DNA of 64,000 nucleotides. Source: Verrucomicrobiales bacterium (GTDB lineage: Bacteria; Verrucomicrobiota; Verrucomicrobiia; Limisphaerales; JAYPEY01). The DNA lies in contig JAYPEY010000005.1 in assembly GCA_038126035.1 (NCBI GenBank), forward strand, positions 60,753 through 124,752, given 5' to 3'. The notes below the pieces were generated by a model that saw only the letters and a list, made by a program, of their open reading frames with translations, ran no database searches and was not told the origin of the DNA. Positions 45,387 through 54,211 of this stretch are shown here, one piece after another (position 1 is the first letter of the stretch; the number at the start of each line of letters is the position of its first letter). A program made the translations under genes and the position numbers.

Positions 45387-46615
45387 TGGGCGAAACTCTG
45401 GATCATCAAACCCTGGCCCGGCATCAGGCGCTCGTTGCCTTCGACAATGACCTGGGCGCCTTCAGCGAACGCCTCGGGATCGGCGATGTAGACCCTGCCT
45501 CCGCGCTCGAAGGCGATGTTGACCATGGTCCGCATTCCGGTCGGCATTTCGCCCTCCTTGGCCGGCGGTTGAACGACGTAGACGAAATCGCCGGCCGCGG
45601 AGCGGATGAGCGCGTCGGTCGGAAACACCCAATGCGGGCCGCGCCTGCCGACCGGGACAATCCCGGTCACGGACTCGCCCGGAGCCAGCCTGCGATCACC
45701 GTTCGGCAGTGTCGCCACAACCGTGAACAGCTGGCTGTTGGGATCGACATCGGGGACCAGCTTCACGGAAGCGGGCTTGAGCAGTTCGCCGGTGGCAGAA
45801 CGACGCACGCGAAAACCCTCGCTGTTGCCGCGCAGATCATCGAGGTGACGCGCGGGAACGCGCAGCCAGGCCTCGATCGGATCGACTGTGACCAGACTCG
45901 CGACCACCGCGCCGGCGGACGCCCATTCACCCGGCTCGATGCTGCGGCGCACGATCACGCCGTCAAACGAGGCCTTGATGGTCAGGTCGGCAAGCTGCGC
46001 CTTGAGGAAGGCGATGCGGCTCTCGGCCTCGGCGATGCCGTCGCGCGCCACGTCGCTTTGGGCGTCGGCGACCGCGAGCGCGCGCTCGGCGTCGAGGACG
46101 TCGCTTTCCGACACCGCCTTGCGCGCCAGCAGTCCGCGCTTCATGTCGAAGTCCCGCTTCGCGCGAGCCAGTTCCGCCTGCCGTTGTTTCGCCATGCTGT
46201 GGGCGGATTTCAGGGCGGCCTCGACTTCCGCCAATTGCGCCTTGATCCGACGATCATCCAGTCTGGCGATGATGTCGCCCTCTTTTACGACGCTGCCTTC
46301 GTCCACGAGGACCTCGATGACAGCGCCCGGTTCGCGCGCCGCAATGTCCGCCTGGGAGACTCCGCGCAACTCGCCGGTGACGACGGCTTCGGCCCGGGTC
46401 GTTTCCTGCGCGACAACCTCCACATAGACCGCTGCCGGCGGCATGGCCATGGGACCGCCCCCGGGGCCGCCCGCGCCCGCGACGGGGGCCTCGCGCATGA
46501 CCTTGATGGCGACAAAGGCGGCGGCGACAGCCAACACGGCCAGCGCGAGGATCACGCCGTTGCGCGCTCCCGCCCCGTTGTTGGTTGCATTTGGTTGGAA
46601 TTCGGAATCAGCCAT
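45383..46615 (-). CDS. RND efflux periplasmic adaptor (membrane fusion protein)
   Basis: It has an N-terminal TM helix, a coiled-coil hairpin (AQLAEVEAALKSAHSMAKQRQAELARAKRD) and beta-barrel blocks. It overlaps the permease gene by 4 nt. Confidence 0.9.
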   Translation of the reverse strand: MADSEFQPNATNNGAGARNGVILALAVLAVAAAFVAIKVMREAPVAGAGGPGGGPMAMPPAAVYVEVVAQETTRAEAVVTGELRGVSQADIAAREPGAVIEVLVDEGSVVKEGDIIARLDDRRIKAQLAEVEAALKSAHSMAKQRQAELARAKRDFDMKRGLLARKAVSESDVLDAERALAVADAQSDVARDGIAEAESRIAFLKAQLADLTIKASFDGVIVRRSIEPGEWASAGAVVASLVTVDPIEAWLRVPARHLDDLRGNSEGFRVRRSATGELLKPASVKLVPDVDPNSQLFTVVATLPNGDRRLAPGESVTGIVPVGRRGPHWVFPTDALIRSAAGDFVYVVQPPAKEGEMPTGMRTMVNIAFERGGRVYIADPEAFAEGAQVIVEGNERLMPGQGLMIQSFAQ

Positions 46616-46731
46616 GAATGATCAGGTCCGCTTGTGTTCCACGCGGTTGCCCACATCACAAGGAAAAAAGGACATCCGCGTGACGTCTTCGGGATTGCCT
46701 TGTCCGATCGGTGTTGGCATCACCCCTTGAA

Positions 46732-47286
46732 ATGGCGGAACTCGAATCATCCGGCGAATCCGACGCGACCACCGCGCCGGACTGGCAGTCCCCGGAGCAC
46801 GCCGCCATTTACGAGGAGCATTCCCGGTCGATCTACTACCTCGCCCTGCGCATGCTCAGCGATCCGGCGCAGGCCGAGGACGCGGCGCATGATGTGTTCC
46901 TGAAGGCCTTTCGCAAGCTCGACACCTTTCGCGGCGACGCCGGTTTGCGGACCTGGCCGTATCGGATCGCGATCAATCACTGCAAGAACCTCCTCCAGAC
47001 CTGGCACCGCCGCACCATGGTGAACAACGTGGACGACGCCGTCTGGCAAACCACGCCCTCCTCGTCCGAATCGCCGTTGCGGGCCCTGGAAACCAAGGAG
47101 CTCGGGGAACGCATCCAACGGACACTCGACTGCCTGCCCGAGGAATACAGCCTGCTTCTCCTGCTGGTCGCCGACGAAAAACTCAGCTATGAGGAGGTCG
47201 GTGAATTGACCGAGCAGTCCGCCGACGCCGTCCGCGGCAAGCTCCATCGCGCCCGCAAGGCCTTCCGCGCCGCCTTCGAAAAATGA
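46732..47286 (+). CDS. ECF-type RNA polymerase sigma-70 family factor
   Basis: Region 2: IYYLALRMLSDPAQAEDAAHDVFLKAFRKLDTFRGDAGLRTWPYRIAINHCKN. Region 4: LPEEYSLLLLLVADEKLSYEEVGELTEQSADAVRGKLHRARKAF. An alternative GTG start is at 46711. Confidence 0.9.
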   Translation: MAELESSGESDATTAPDWQSPEHAAIYEEHSRSIYYLALRMLSDPAQAEDAAHDVFLKAFRKLDTFRGDAGLRTWPYRIAINHCKNLLQTWHRRTMVNNVDDAVWQTTPSSSESPLRALETKELGERIQRTLDCLPEEYSLLLLLVADEKLSYEEVGELTEQSADAVRGKLHRARKAFRAAFEK

Positions 47287-47289
47287 GTC

Positions 47290-47532
47290 ATGGAACCTGA
47301 ATCCGAACAATTCAAACAGCGCTCTCGCGAGGAAGAGGACATCGCTTCGCGCCAGGCCGAACAGTCAGGCGCGCAACCGGCGGAATTTGAGACGCCGGAG
47401 GAACTGATCCGCCACGACGCGGCGCGGACCGAGGTCCCCGCCTCGGTGGAAGCCCGGCTCAAGGACTCCCTGGCCAACGAACCCAAGCCCAAACCGGGCA
47501 TCTGGAAACGCCTGTTCGGCGGCGGGGATTGA
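47290..47532 (+). CDS. small acidic protein following the ECF sigma gene (possible partner or anti-sigma; no TM helix)
   Basis: 80 aa, MEPESEQFKQRSREEEDIASRQ...ELIRHDAARTEVPASVEARLKDSL.... The ATG is 3 nt after the sigma stop. Confidence 0.5.
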   Translation: MEPESEQFKQRSREEEDIASRQAEQSGAQPAEFETPEELIRHDAARTEVPASVEARLKDSLANEPKPKPGIWKRLFGGGD

Positions 47533-47593
47533 TCGTTGCCTCCCACTGGCAATTCAGGCAAACGGCTGCTACTTTCCCTTGGTCTCAACCGCC

Positions 47594-49109
47594 ATGGAAA
47601 CCTCCCCCATTGAAGAGATCGAAACGCTCATCCGGGCGCGGTATCCAATCCTGTATGTGCTCTCGGGCGAGGAGGCTCGCGTGACGGAAGCCCTGGTCGA
47701 GATTGGAACGCGTCGCAAGAAATCGATCATCGAATGGAGCTGCAACACCGGCCTGGTCCCCGCCGGCGTGTCCCTGCAGTCCAGACAGTCGCGCGACCCG
47801 CAGACCACCGATCCCGTGGCCGCCTTGAACCGCGCCATTGAGCAGGTGGATCCTGCGATCTTCGTCTTCAAGGATTTCCACCCCTGCCTCGGCCGAAATC
47901 ATCCGGAGACCATCCGCCGTCTGAAGGAGATCGCGGTCCATCTGAAGAACAGCTACAAGACCATCGTGCTGGTGTCGCCTGTGCTCGAGATCCCGACCGA
48001 GTTGGAGAAGGAGATCACGGTCGTGAATTCTCCGCTGCCCGGGCGCGAAGAACTGGCCATCCTGCTGGATGAAATCGTCGAGGAGATCAGCGGCTTCAAC
48101 AACGTGTCCGTGAATCTCGACGCCGATGGGAGGGAACGGCTGCTGCAGGCGGCGTTGGGACTGACGCTGAGCGAGGCGGAAAATGTCTTCGCGCGCATCG
48201 TGGTGAAGCACGAGAGCCTCAGCGGCGATCACGTGCATGAGGTGTTTGCCGAGAAGCAACAGATCATCCGCAAGAGCGGCCTGTTGGAATACTGCTCGCC
48301 GGAGGAGGACTTCTCACAGGTGGGAGGTCTGGCGGGCTTGAAGGACTGGCTGCGGAAGCGCGCGGCGGCCTTCACCGACGAGGCGCGATCCTTCGGGTTG
48401 CCATCGCCCAAGGGCATCCTGCTGCTCGGCGTGCAGGGCTGCGGCAAGAGTCTCTGCGCCAAGGCGGTCGCAAGCCTCTGGCGACTGCCGCTGTTTCGCT
48501 TTCACATGGGGCGAATGTTCGGCAGTTACGTCGGCTCTTCCGAGGAGAACGTGCGCAAGGCGATCGCGGTCGCGGAATCGGTCGCTCCGGCGATCCTCTG
48601 GGTGGACGAGAGACAAGGCCTTCGCCGGGACCCGCGGCTCCGGCGCCAACGACAGCGGCACCACGGCGCGGGTGTTCGGAACCCTGCTCACCTGGATGTC
48701 CGAGAAGACCGCGCCGGTGTTCGTCGTCGCCACCGCCAACGATATTTCCGGTCTGCCGGCCGAACTGCTGCGCAAGGGACGCCTGGACGAGATCTTCTTC
48801 GTCGATCTGCCCGGCGAAGAGGAACGCGCGGACATCGTCCGGATCCACCTGACCAAACGCGGACGCGACCCGGCGGCGTTCGACGCGCCGGGACTGGCAT
48901 CCGTGTGCGAAGACTTCAGCGGGGCGGAGATCGAGGAGGCCGTCGTAAGCGGACTCTACGATGCATTCAGCGAGGGCGACGATTTGACCACGGAACATGT
49001 CGCGCGGGCCATGAGCCAGACCGTGCCGCTCGCGCGAACCATGGCGGAACAGATGAATGAACTCCGCGGCTGGAGCGAAGGTCGCGCGCGCCCCGCGAAC
49101 CAGATCTGA
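47594..49109 (+). pseudogene. Ycf46-like AAA+ ATPase; reading frame broken by a 2-nt gap at 48611 (frameshift or assembly error)
   Basis: ORF 47579..49060 carries the N-terminal domain (METSPIEEIETLIRARYPILYVLSGEEARV...), Walker A (GVQGCGKS) and Walker B up to ILWVDE. The frame then degenerates to R-rich text. Frame +1 (ORF 48672..49109, extendable back to 48612) reads [67 protein letters not shown].... Confidence 0.85.
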
Positions 49110-49131
49110 CCACTCCCCCAACCAGCAAACC

Positions 49132-49905
49132 ATGAGCCGATTTGTCAAACTGGAGTTCGATGACGAAGCGCAGGACCCCGGTCAGCGGGAGGCCCCGTTG
49201 TCGGACGAGGAGCGCTTTCTCAGCGAGGCCGACAAGGCGATGGGCTCCGGCGATTTCGAACGCGCGCTCAAGTTCTTCGCCAAGACGCTGGAAGGCGCGC
49301 CGTCCAGCCATGAAGCCTGGATCGGGCAGGCCCGCGCATTGATCGAGCAGGAAGATCTCGAACGCGCCCGCCAATGGATCGACAAGGCGATCGAAAAGCT
49401 CGGCGAGGAACCGGACCTGTTGGCCGCCAAGGCGATCGTGCTCTCGCGACTCGGGGACCATGAGGCGGCAATGGCCTTCTCCGACGCGGCGATCGAGAAC
49501 GGCCCCGATCGCGCCTACCCGTGGATCGCCCGGGGCGACGCATTGCTGGCGCTCGACGAGAAGCAGGCGGATTACTGCTTCGGCAAGGGTCTGCAATGCG
49601 AGCCTGATCTCTGGTTCTGGCAATGGCTGGTCGCCCGCATCTACGCGTATTACGGGAAGTTCTCCCTGGCGATGAAGCACGCGCAGGAGGCGTTGGCCCT
49701 GGATGCCAGTCATTGCGCGGTCTGGCTGCAGGCGGGCTGTTGCCAACGGGCGCTCGGCCTGGCCGACCTTGCCGCGTCCTCGTTCGAACGGGCTCGGGAA
49801 TTGAACCCCACGTGTGACGAAGCGCGCGCAGCCTTGTCCGAGCTTTCGCGAACGGGCGTCGGCGGCAGGCTGCGCAACTGGTCGCGAAGACTGTTTTCCC
49901 GGTAA
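49132..49905 (+). CDS. soluble TPR repeat protein
   Basis: I prefer ATG 49132 (MSRFVKLEFDDEAQ...). It has five to six TPR-like units (HEAWIGQARALIEQEDLERARQWIDKAI, AYPWIARGDALLAL, CAVWLQAGCCQRALGL). It has a basic amphipathic tail. Confidence 0.85.
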   Translation: MSRFVKLEFDDEAQDPGQREAPLSDEERFLSEADKAMGSGDFERALKFFAKTLEGAPSSHEAWIGQARALIEQEDLERARQWIDKAIEKLGEEPDLLAAKAIVLSRLGDHEAAMAFSDAAIENGPDRAYPWIARGDALLALDEKQADYCFGKGLQCEPDLWFWQWLVARIYAYYGKFSLAMKHAQEALALDASHCAVWLQAGCCQRALGLADLAASSFERARELNPTCDEARAALSELSRTGVGGRLRNWSRRLFSR

Positions 49906-49906
49906 A

Positions 49907-50983
49907 ATGAAAGCGCTCGATCTCGATCTGCTGCTCGGCAGCGCCAACGAACTCAAGGCCTCGGACCTGCACCTCGTGGTCGGCTCGCCTCCGGCCTACC
50001 GGATCAATGGCGAGGTCATCCTGGCCGAGGAGGACTCCATCACCCCCGAGGAGGCCAAGGCCGCAGCGGACGAGTTGCTGAACGATGGACAGAAAAGGAA
50101 ATTCGAGGAGGATTGGGAGTTGTGCGTGTCGCTGTTGCATCCCAAGGCCGGCCGCGTCCGGGTCACGTTCTACCGCCGCAACGGCATTCCGGAGATGAGC
50201 TTCCGCTTCTGCGGCGACTGCATTCCGGAGCGGGCCGAACTGGGGCTGCCCGAAAAGGTCGATGAAATCGCGGCGCGGCCCAATGGGTTGTTTCTCATCA
50301 CCGGCCCGACCGGCTCGGGCAAGACCACCACGCTCAACTACCTGGTCGATCTCATCAACCGCGAGCGTCGCTGCAAGATTGTCACCATCGAGGACCCGAT
50401 CGAATACGTGCACCGGAACCGGCGCGCCATCGTGGTGCAGCAGGAGGTGCTCACGGACACCAAGTCGTTCAACCGCGCGCTCATCCACGCCCTGCGGCAG
50501 GATCCGGATGTCATCGTCATGGGCGAAGTCCGGGACCAGGAGGCGATCGCGACGGCCCTGACCGCAGCGGAGACGGGCCATCTGGTCCTGGCCACGATGC
50601 ATTCGCCCAATGTCGCCCACGCAATGGAGCGCATCATCGGCGTGTTCGAGGGCAGCGCGCAAAGCCAGGTGATCATGCAACTGGCGGCGGGATTGATCGG
50701 CGTGCTTTCGCAGCAACTGCTCCCCTCGGTCGATCGTTCCGGGCGCGCGCTGGCCTACGAGTTGTTGCTGGCCAACAACGCCGTGCGCAATCTGATCCGC
50801 GAATACAACCTGCACCAACTCGAGAACATCATGCAGATGGGCGCGCGGGACGGCATGGCCCTGATGGACGACACGCTTCACCGGCTGTATTCCCGTTGCG
50901 AAATCAGCTTCGACACGGCGATCACCCACGCCCGCGAACCGGACAAGATCAAGTCCCGCATGGGCAAGCAGCAGAACGGGTGA
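49907..50983 (+). CDS. pilT: PilT-family (type IV pilus retraction-type) hexameric ATPase, orphan
   Basis: The ATG is 1 nt after the TPR gene stop. Motifs: Walker A GPTGSGKTTT, Asp box IVTIEDPIEY, Walker B DPDVIVMGEVRD, His box TGHLVLATMHS, and the PilT signature AVRNLIRE. Confidence 0.92.
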   Translation: MKALDLDLLLGSANELKASDLHLVVGSPPAYRINGEVILAEEDSITPEEAKAAADELLNDGQKRKFEEDWELCVSLLHPKAGRVRVTFYRRNGIPEMSFRFCGDCIPERAELGLPEKVDEIAARPNGLFLITGPTGSGKTTTLNYLVDLINRERRCKIVTIEDPIEYVHRNRRAIVVQQEVLTDTKSFNRALIHALRQDPDVIVMGEVRDQEAIATALTAAETGHLVLATMHSPNVAHAMERIIGVFEGSAQSQVIMQLAAGLIGVLSQQLLPSVDRSGRALAYELLLANNAVRNLIREYNLHQLENIMQMGARDGMALMDDTLHRLYSRCEISFDTAITHAREPDKIKSRMGKQQNG

Positions 50984-51227
50984 AGGTCGCCACATGAACG
51001 CAACTGACGAACCAGGCTGATGGCGAGTGTGCCGCATCTTGGCCGCCGTTGCCAACGGGTGTCCCTACCACGACAGTGCAGGTTCCTTTGAACACAGAGA
51101 ACACCGAAAACACGGTTGCCGCCGTCAGCTTGCGTTGAACCTGTCGCGAAAACCGCCGCCTGAATTTCCTGTTCCGCCAACGCAATCCACCGGTTAGCCT
51201 GCAACCAAATCAACCGCCCTTCTGACC

Positions 51228-52472
51228 ATGAATGACGCCGGATCGATCGACTGGGACAAGGTCTGGACGATCGCCAGGTTCACCGTGTGGGCTCTGGTCA
51301 ACGTCGGGGTCCTGATCTGGCTCACGGTCCGCAAGTTCAAGATGGCGCACGGCGACGAGTTCGGGTTCGCCGTCTTCCGCTGGATGCTTTCCATCGACGG
51401 TCTGCTGGCGTTGATCTGGGTGGTCGTGCCCTACACCTTCAGTTCCGGGCCTTTCGGGGTGATCATTGGCGTGGCGGGCATGGCGTTCTGCGGCATCCTG
51501 ATGTCCATGGCGATCACACCGGCGCTGATCGGGCCGTTGGTCGGCGCGTTTACGGGCGAGCTGGACGGCGGCAACGCGGGCTCGAAGAAGGAGCCGCTCT
51601 ACAGCATGGCCCTGGCGCTGCGCAACCGCAGCGAACCCCACAAGGCCATCGAGGCCATCGCCGAACAACTGGAGGAATTCCCCTACGACTTCGAGGGCAT
51701 GATGCTGATGGCCGAGATCGAGGCGCACGATCTCAAGAGCATGCCCGCCGCGCGCGAGACCCTGGAGGAACTGTTGGAGAAAGGCAGTTTCCCCAAGGGC
51801 CGGAAATCCTATATCCTGACGACGCTCGCCGATTGGGAGCTGGAACTGGCCAGGGACGCCGAACGCGCGCGCGCTGCCTTCCTGAGAATCGTCAACATGT
51901 TTCCCGGCTCCGAGATCGCGCGGAAGGCCGAGAAACGTCTGATGCGTCTGCCCTCCAACTCGGCGTTGGCGGACAGGGACGTGACGCACATTCACATGCT
52001 CCCCAGCCAACGCAGCGCCGCCGATCAGGCCGCGATGTCCGCTGCCGGCGCCGCCGATTTCGAGGCTGAAGCCGCAAACCTGACCCGGCGGTTGACGGAA
52101 CAGCCGGGCGATGACGAGGCCCGCGAACGCCTGGCCGAGATCTACGCCCGACACTACCAGCGCGTGGACATGGCCGCCGATCAGCTCGAGCAGTTGATTC
52201 GCGATCCGCGCCAACCGCGCGAGGACACGGTGCGCCGGCTGAACCAACTGGCCCGCTACTACATCAACCATGCGCTGGACGGCGACGCAGCGAAGGTCTG
52301 CCTGCATCGGATCGTGAACATGTTTCCCGGGACCTCATCTGCGGAGCTCGCGCATGTGGAACTGCAGACCATCCCCTCCACCGAGACATTGCGCCGGAAG
52401 CCGGAGGCCATCCCGATGGTCGAGGCGGAGAAGGACCTCGGGCTCAAACGAAGGCCGCCCGGATGGAGCTGA
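51228..52472 (+). CDS. membrane protein: 3-4 N-terminal TM helices plus two TPR/YbgF-like modules
   Basis: TM helices: FTVWALVNVGVLIWLTV, MLSIDGLLALIWVVVPY, VIIGVAGMAFCGILMSMAI. The soluble part has repeated ...IVNMFPGSEIARKAEKRL... and ...IVNMFPGTSSAELAHVEL... modules. Confidence 0.75.
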   Translation: MNDAGSIDWDKVWTIARFTVWALVNVGVLIWLTVRKFKMAHGDEFGFAVFRWMLSIDGLLALIWVVVPYTFSSGPFGVIIGVAGMAFCGILMSMAITPALIGPLVGAFTGELDGGNAGSKKEPLYSMALALRNRSEPHKAIEAIAEQLEEFPYDFEGMMLMAEIEAHDLKSMPAARETLEELLEKGSFPKGRKSYILTTLADWELELARDAERARAAFLRIVNMFPGSEIARKAEKRLMRLPSNSALADRDVTHIHMLPSQRSAADQAAMSAAGAADFEAEAANLTRRLTEQPGDDEARERLAEIYARHYQRVDMAADQLEQLIRDPRQPREDTVRRLNQLARYYINHALDGDAAKVCLHRIVNMFPGTSSAELAHVELQTIPSTETLRRKPEAIPMVEAEKDLGLKRRPPGWS

Positions 52473-53338
52473 TCACGGAACATCTTCAGGGACTGATCCT
52501 GTTCACAGCGGCGTTGTTGACCCTGGGCCTGCTCTCCTTCCGCGCCCTGAAACGCAACACCGACTCCCCCGGCCGCCTCGTCGCGAATTGGGCCATCACC
52601 GGCGCCATCGGCTACGGCTATGTTTTCCACCTGAAACCCATGTCGGGCGCGGGCGGACAATCCGCCCTGTTCGCCGTGATGATGGCGACGGTCGTCGGGG
52701 CGCTCCTCGCGGTCATGTGGGTTCCGGCCATCTTGAACATCATCACCGGCCCGATCATGGAGTGGTTTGCAGGAGGCTGGTTCGCCGACGATTCGAAACC
52801 GTACTACGCCTTTGCCAAGGGACTGCGCAAACGCGGCAAGGCTGAGTCCGCCCTGGAGGAGATCGACCTGCAGTTGGAGAAGTTTCCCGACGACATCGAG
52901 GGGCGGCTGCTCAAGGCGGAGATTCAGGCGGAGGATCTGGAGGAGGTCGACGGCGCTTCGCGATTGTTGGACGAGGTCATCGCTTTCAACGAGGAGGACA
53001 AGAAGGTCGTGCCCGACGCCCTGAAAAAACTGGCCGACTGGTGCCTGCGGATCGACGGCAGTCCCGAACGGGCCGAAGCGGCCCTGCAACGATTGATCGG
53101 GCTCTTTCCGGAGAGCCGGATTGCGGCCGAGGCGGGACGGTTGATCAAACGGATCCCGGATCGCAGACGACTGCTGCAGGATCCAGCGTCGCGCCATGTC
53201 CTGAATCCAAAGCAGCGGGGCTCCCGCATCCGGGTGACCTCCGCCTACAAGGCTTCAAAGGCCGAATCGCGGGAAAAGTCCGGGAAGACCGCTGATGGGG
53301 GGCTCGACAAGGCCAGGGTGAAGACCCGCGAGGACTGA
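52463..53338 (+). CDS. membrane protein paralogous to 51228..52472 (3 TM helices plus one TPR/YbgF-like module)
   Basis: 10-nt overlap with the upstream paralogue. It is collinear with it: KPYYAFAKGLRKRGKAESALEEIDLQLEKFPDDIEGRLLKAEIQAEDL versus EPLYSMALALRNRSEPHKAIEAIAEQLEEFPYDFEGMMLMAEIEAHDL. Also LIGLFPESRIAAEAGRLI. Confidence 0.75.
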   Translation: MELITEHLQGLILFTAALLTLGLLSFRALKRNTDSPGRLVANWAITGAIGYGYVFHLKPMSGAGGQSALFAVMMATVVGALLAVMWVPAILNIITGPIMEWFAGGWFADDSKPYYAFAKGLRKRGKAESALEEIDLQLEKFPDDIEGRLLKAEIQAEDLEEVDGASRLLDEVIAFNEEDKKVVPDALKKLADWCLRIDGSPERAEAALQRLIGLFPESRIAAEAGRLIKRIPDRRRLLQDPASRHVLNPKQRGSRIRVTSAYKASKAESREKSGKTADGGLDKARVKTRED

Positions 53339-53373
53339 GCCGGCGAAGCGATCGACCGAACCTGGCGGCGGGA

Positions 53374-53392
53374 CGCAGCCGGGACGGCTGCG
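53374..53392. terminator. candidate bidirectional stem-loop between convergent genes
   Basis: CGCAGCCG-GGA-CGGCTGCG, an 8-bp perfect stem directly abutting the stop codon 53393..53395. There is no clear U-tract. Confidence 0.3.
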
Positions 53393-54211
53393 CTACTTTG
53401 CGGAATCCTTCGGCTTGGCCTTCTTCTTGGCCTTCTCCTTCTCCTGTTGGGCCTTCCGGCGCGCCACGATGCCGTCGAGCTTCTTCTTCTCGGCGGCCAG
53501 GACATCGGGGGTGATGTCAGCGGGGGTGACGTCCGTGCGGTCGAGCTTCTCCTTCCCGGAGAGTTCACGGAGGCGGACGCCGCGGTACCAGACCGGATCG
53601 CCGTGATCCTGCAGGCTGAGATCGCCGCCGCGCGCCTTGAGATCGCCGCCGCGGGCATTGAGCAGATCGACATTGAACTTCCACTTCTTGTCCGCGTAGT
53701 CGAAGTCCACGACCTTCAAACCATTGAGCCAATGTTGCACGACCGGGCCCTGACAGACGATGCGGCCGTGGTTCCATTCGCCGACGGACCGGGTCATGTC
53801 GTGCGAGGGCTGCATGCAGAAGTAGAGCGACGCCGCGCTGGTGCGGGGATTCTTGCCGTCCCGATGCCGGGAGTTGTCGAGGACCTGATACTCATACTGC
53901 CCCGGACGGTAGTAGACGCCGCTGTTGGCTGCCGGGCCCACCTTCCACTGGAAGCGCAGCTCGAAGTTGTCCGGGATCTTCCTGACCGTGTAGACAAGCC
54001 CGCCGCCGCCCTTCGCGCGAAACATGGCGCCGTCGTCAATGATCCAGTTGCCGTTGTTCTTCCAGCCCTTGAAATCCTTCCCGTTGAAGATGAGTTGGAA
54101 ACCCAGTTGCTTCTCGTCGTCGGTGAGCGAATTGGGGTTGTCCGCGGCCGGAGCCGACAAGGCAATGAAGGAGGCAACGGCGGCAATGAGGACGATCAGG
54201 TTCTTTTTCAT
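53393..54211 (-). CDS. DUF1080 (3-keto-disaccharide hydrolase-like) domain protein with a K/E-rich tail
   Basis: I prefer ATG 54211 (MKKNLIVLIAAVASFIALSAPA). Blocks: FNGKDFKGWK, NSGVYYR, EYQVLDN, WNHGRIVCQG, LQDHGDPVWYRGVRL. Confidence 0.88.
   Translation of the reverse strand: MKKNLIVLIAAVASFIALSAPAADNPNSLTDDEKQLGFQLIFNGKDFKGWKNNGNWIIDDGAMFRAKGGGGLVYTVRKIPDNFELRFQWKVGPAANSGVYYRPGQYEYQVLDNSRHRDGKNPRTSAASLYFCMQPSHDMTRSVGEWNHGRIVCQGPVVQHWLNGLKVVDFDYADKKWKFNVDLLNARGGDLKARGGDLSLQDHGDPVWYRGVRLRELSGKEKLDRTDVTPADITPDVLAAEKKKLDGIVARRKAQQEKEKAKKKAKPKDSAK

Noticed and set aside
48608-48614. Programmed +1 frameshift at the rare AGA codon in the AAA+ gene
   Set aside because: There is no slippery or stimulatory context. 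A simple 2-nt loss from an ancestral GAG-ATC-GAC restores the canonical DEID Walker B region exactly. A mutation or assembly error is the simpler explanation.
49268-51055. 595-aa minus-strand ORF over the TPR and PilT genes
   Set aside because: It is an R/A/G-rich shadow. The + strand carries intact TPR units and all PilT boxes.
50984-51227. The 244-nt gap inside the candidate cluster as an ncRNA or internal ECF promoter
   Set aside because: I could not find a convincing hairpin, a conserved repeat, or a GGAAC-N16-CGT motif there. It remains unassigned.
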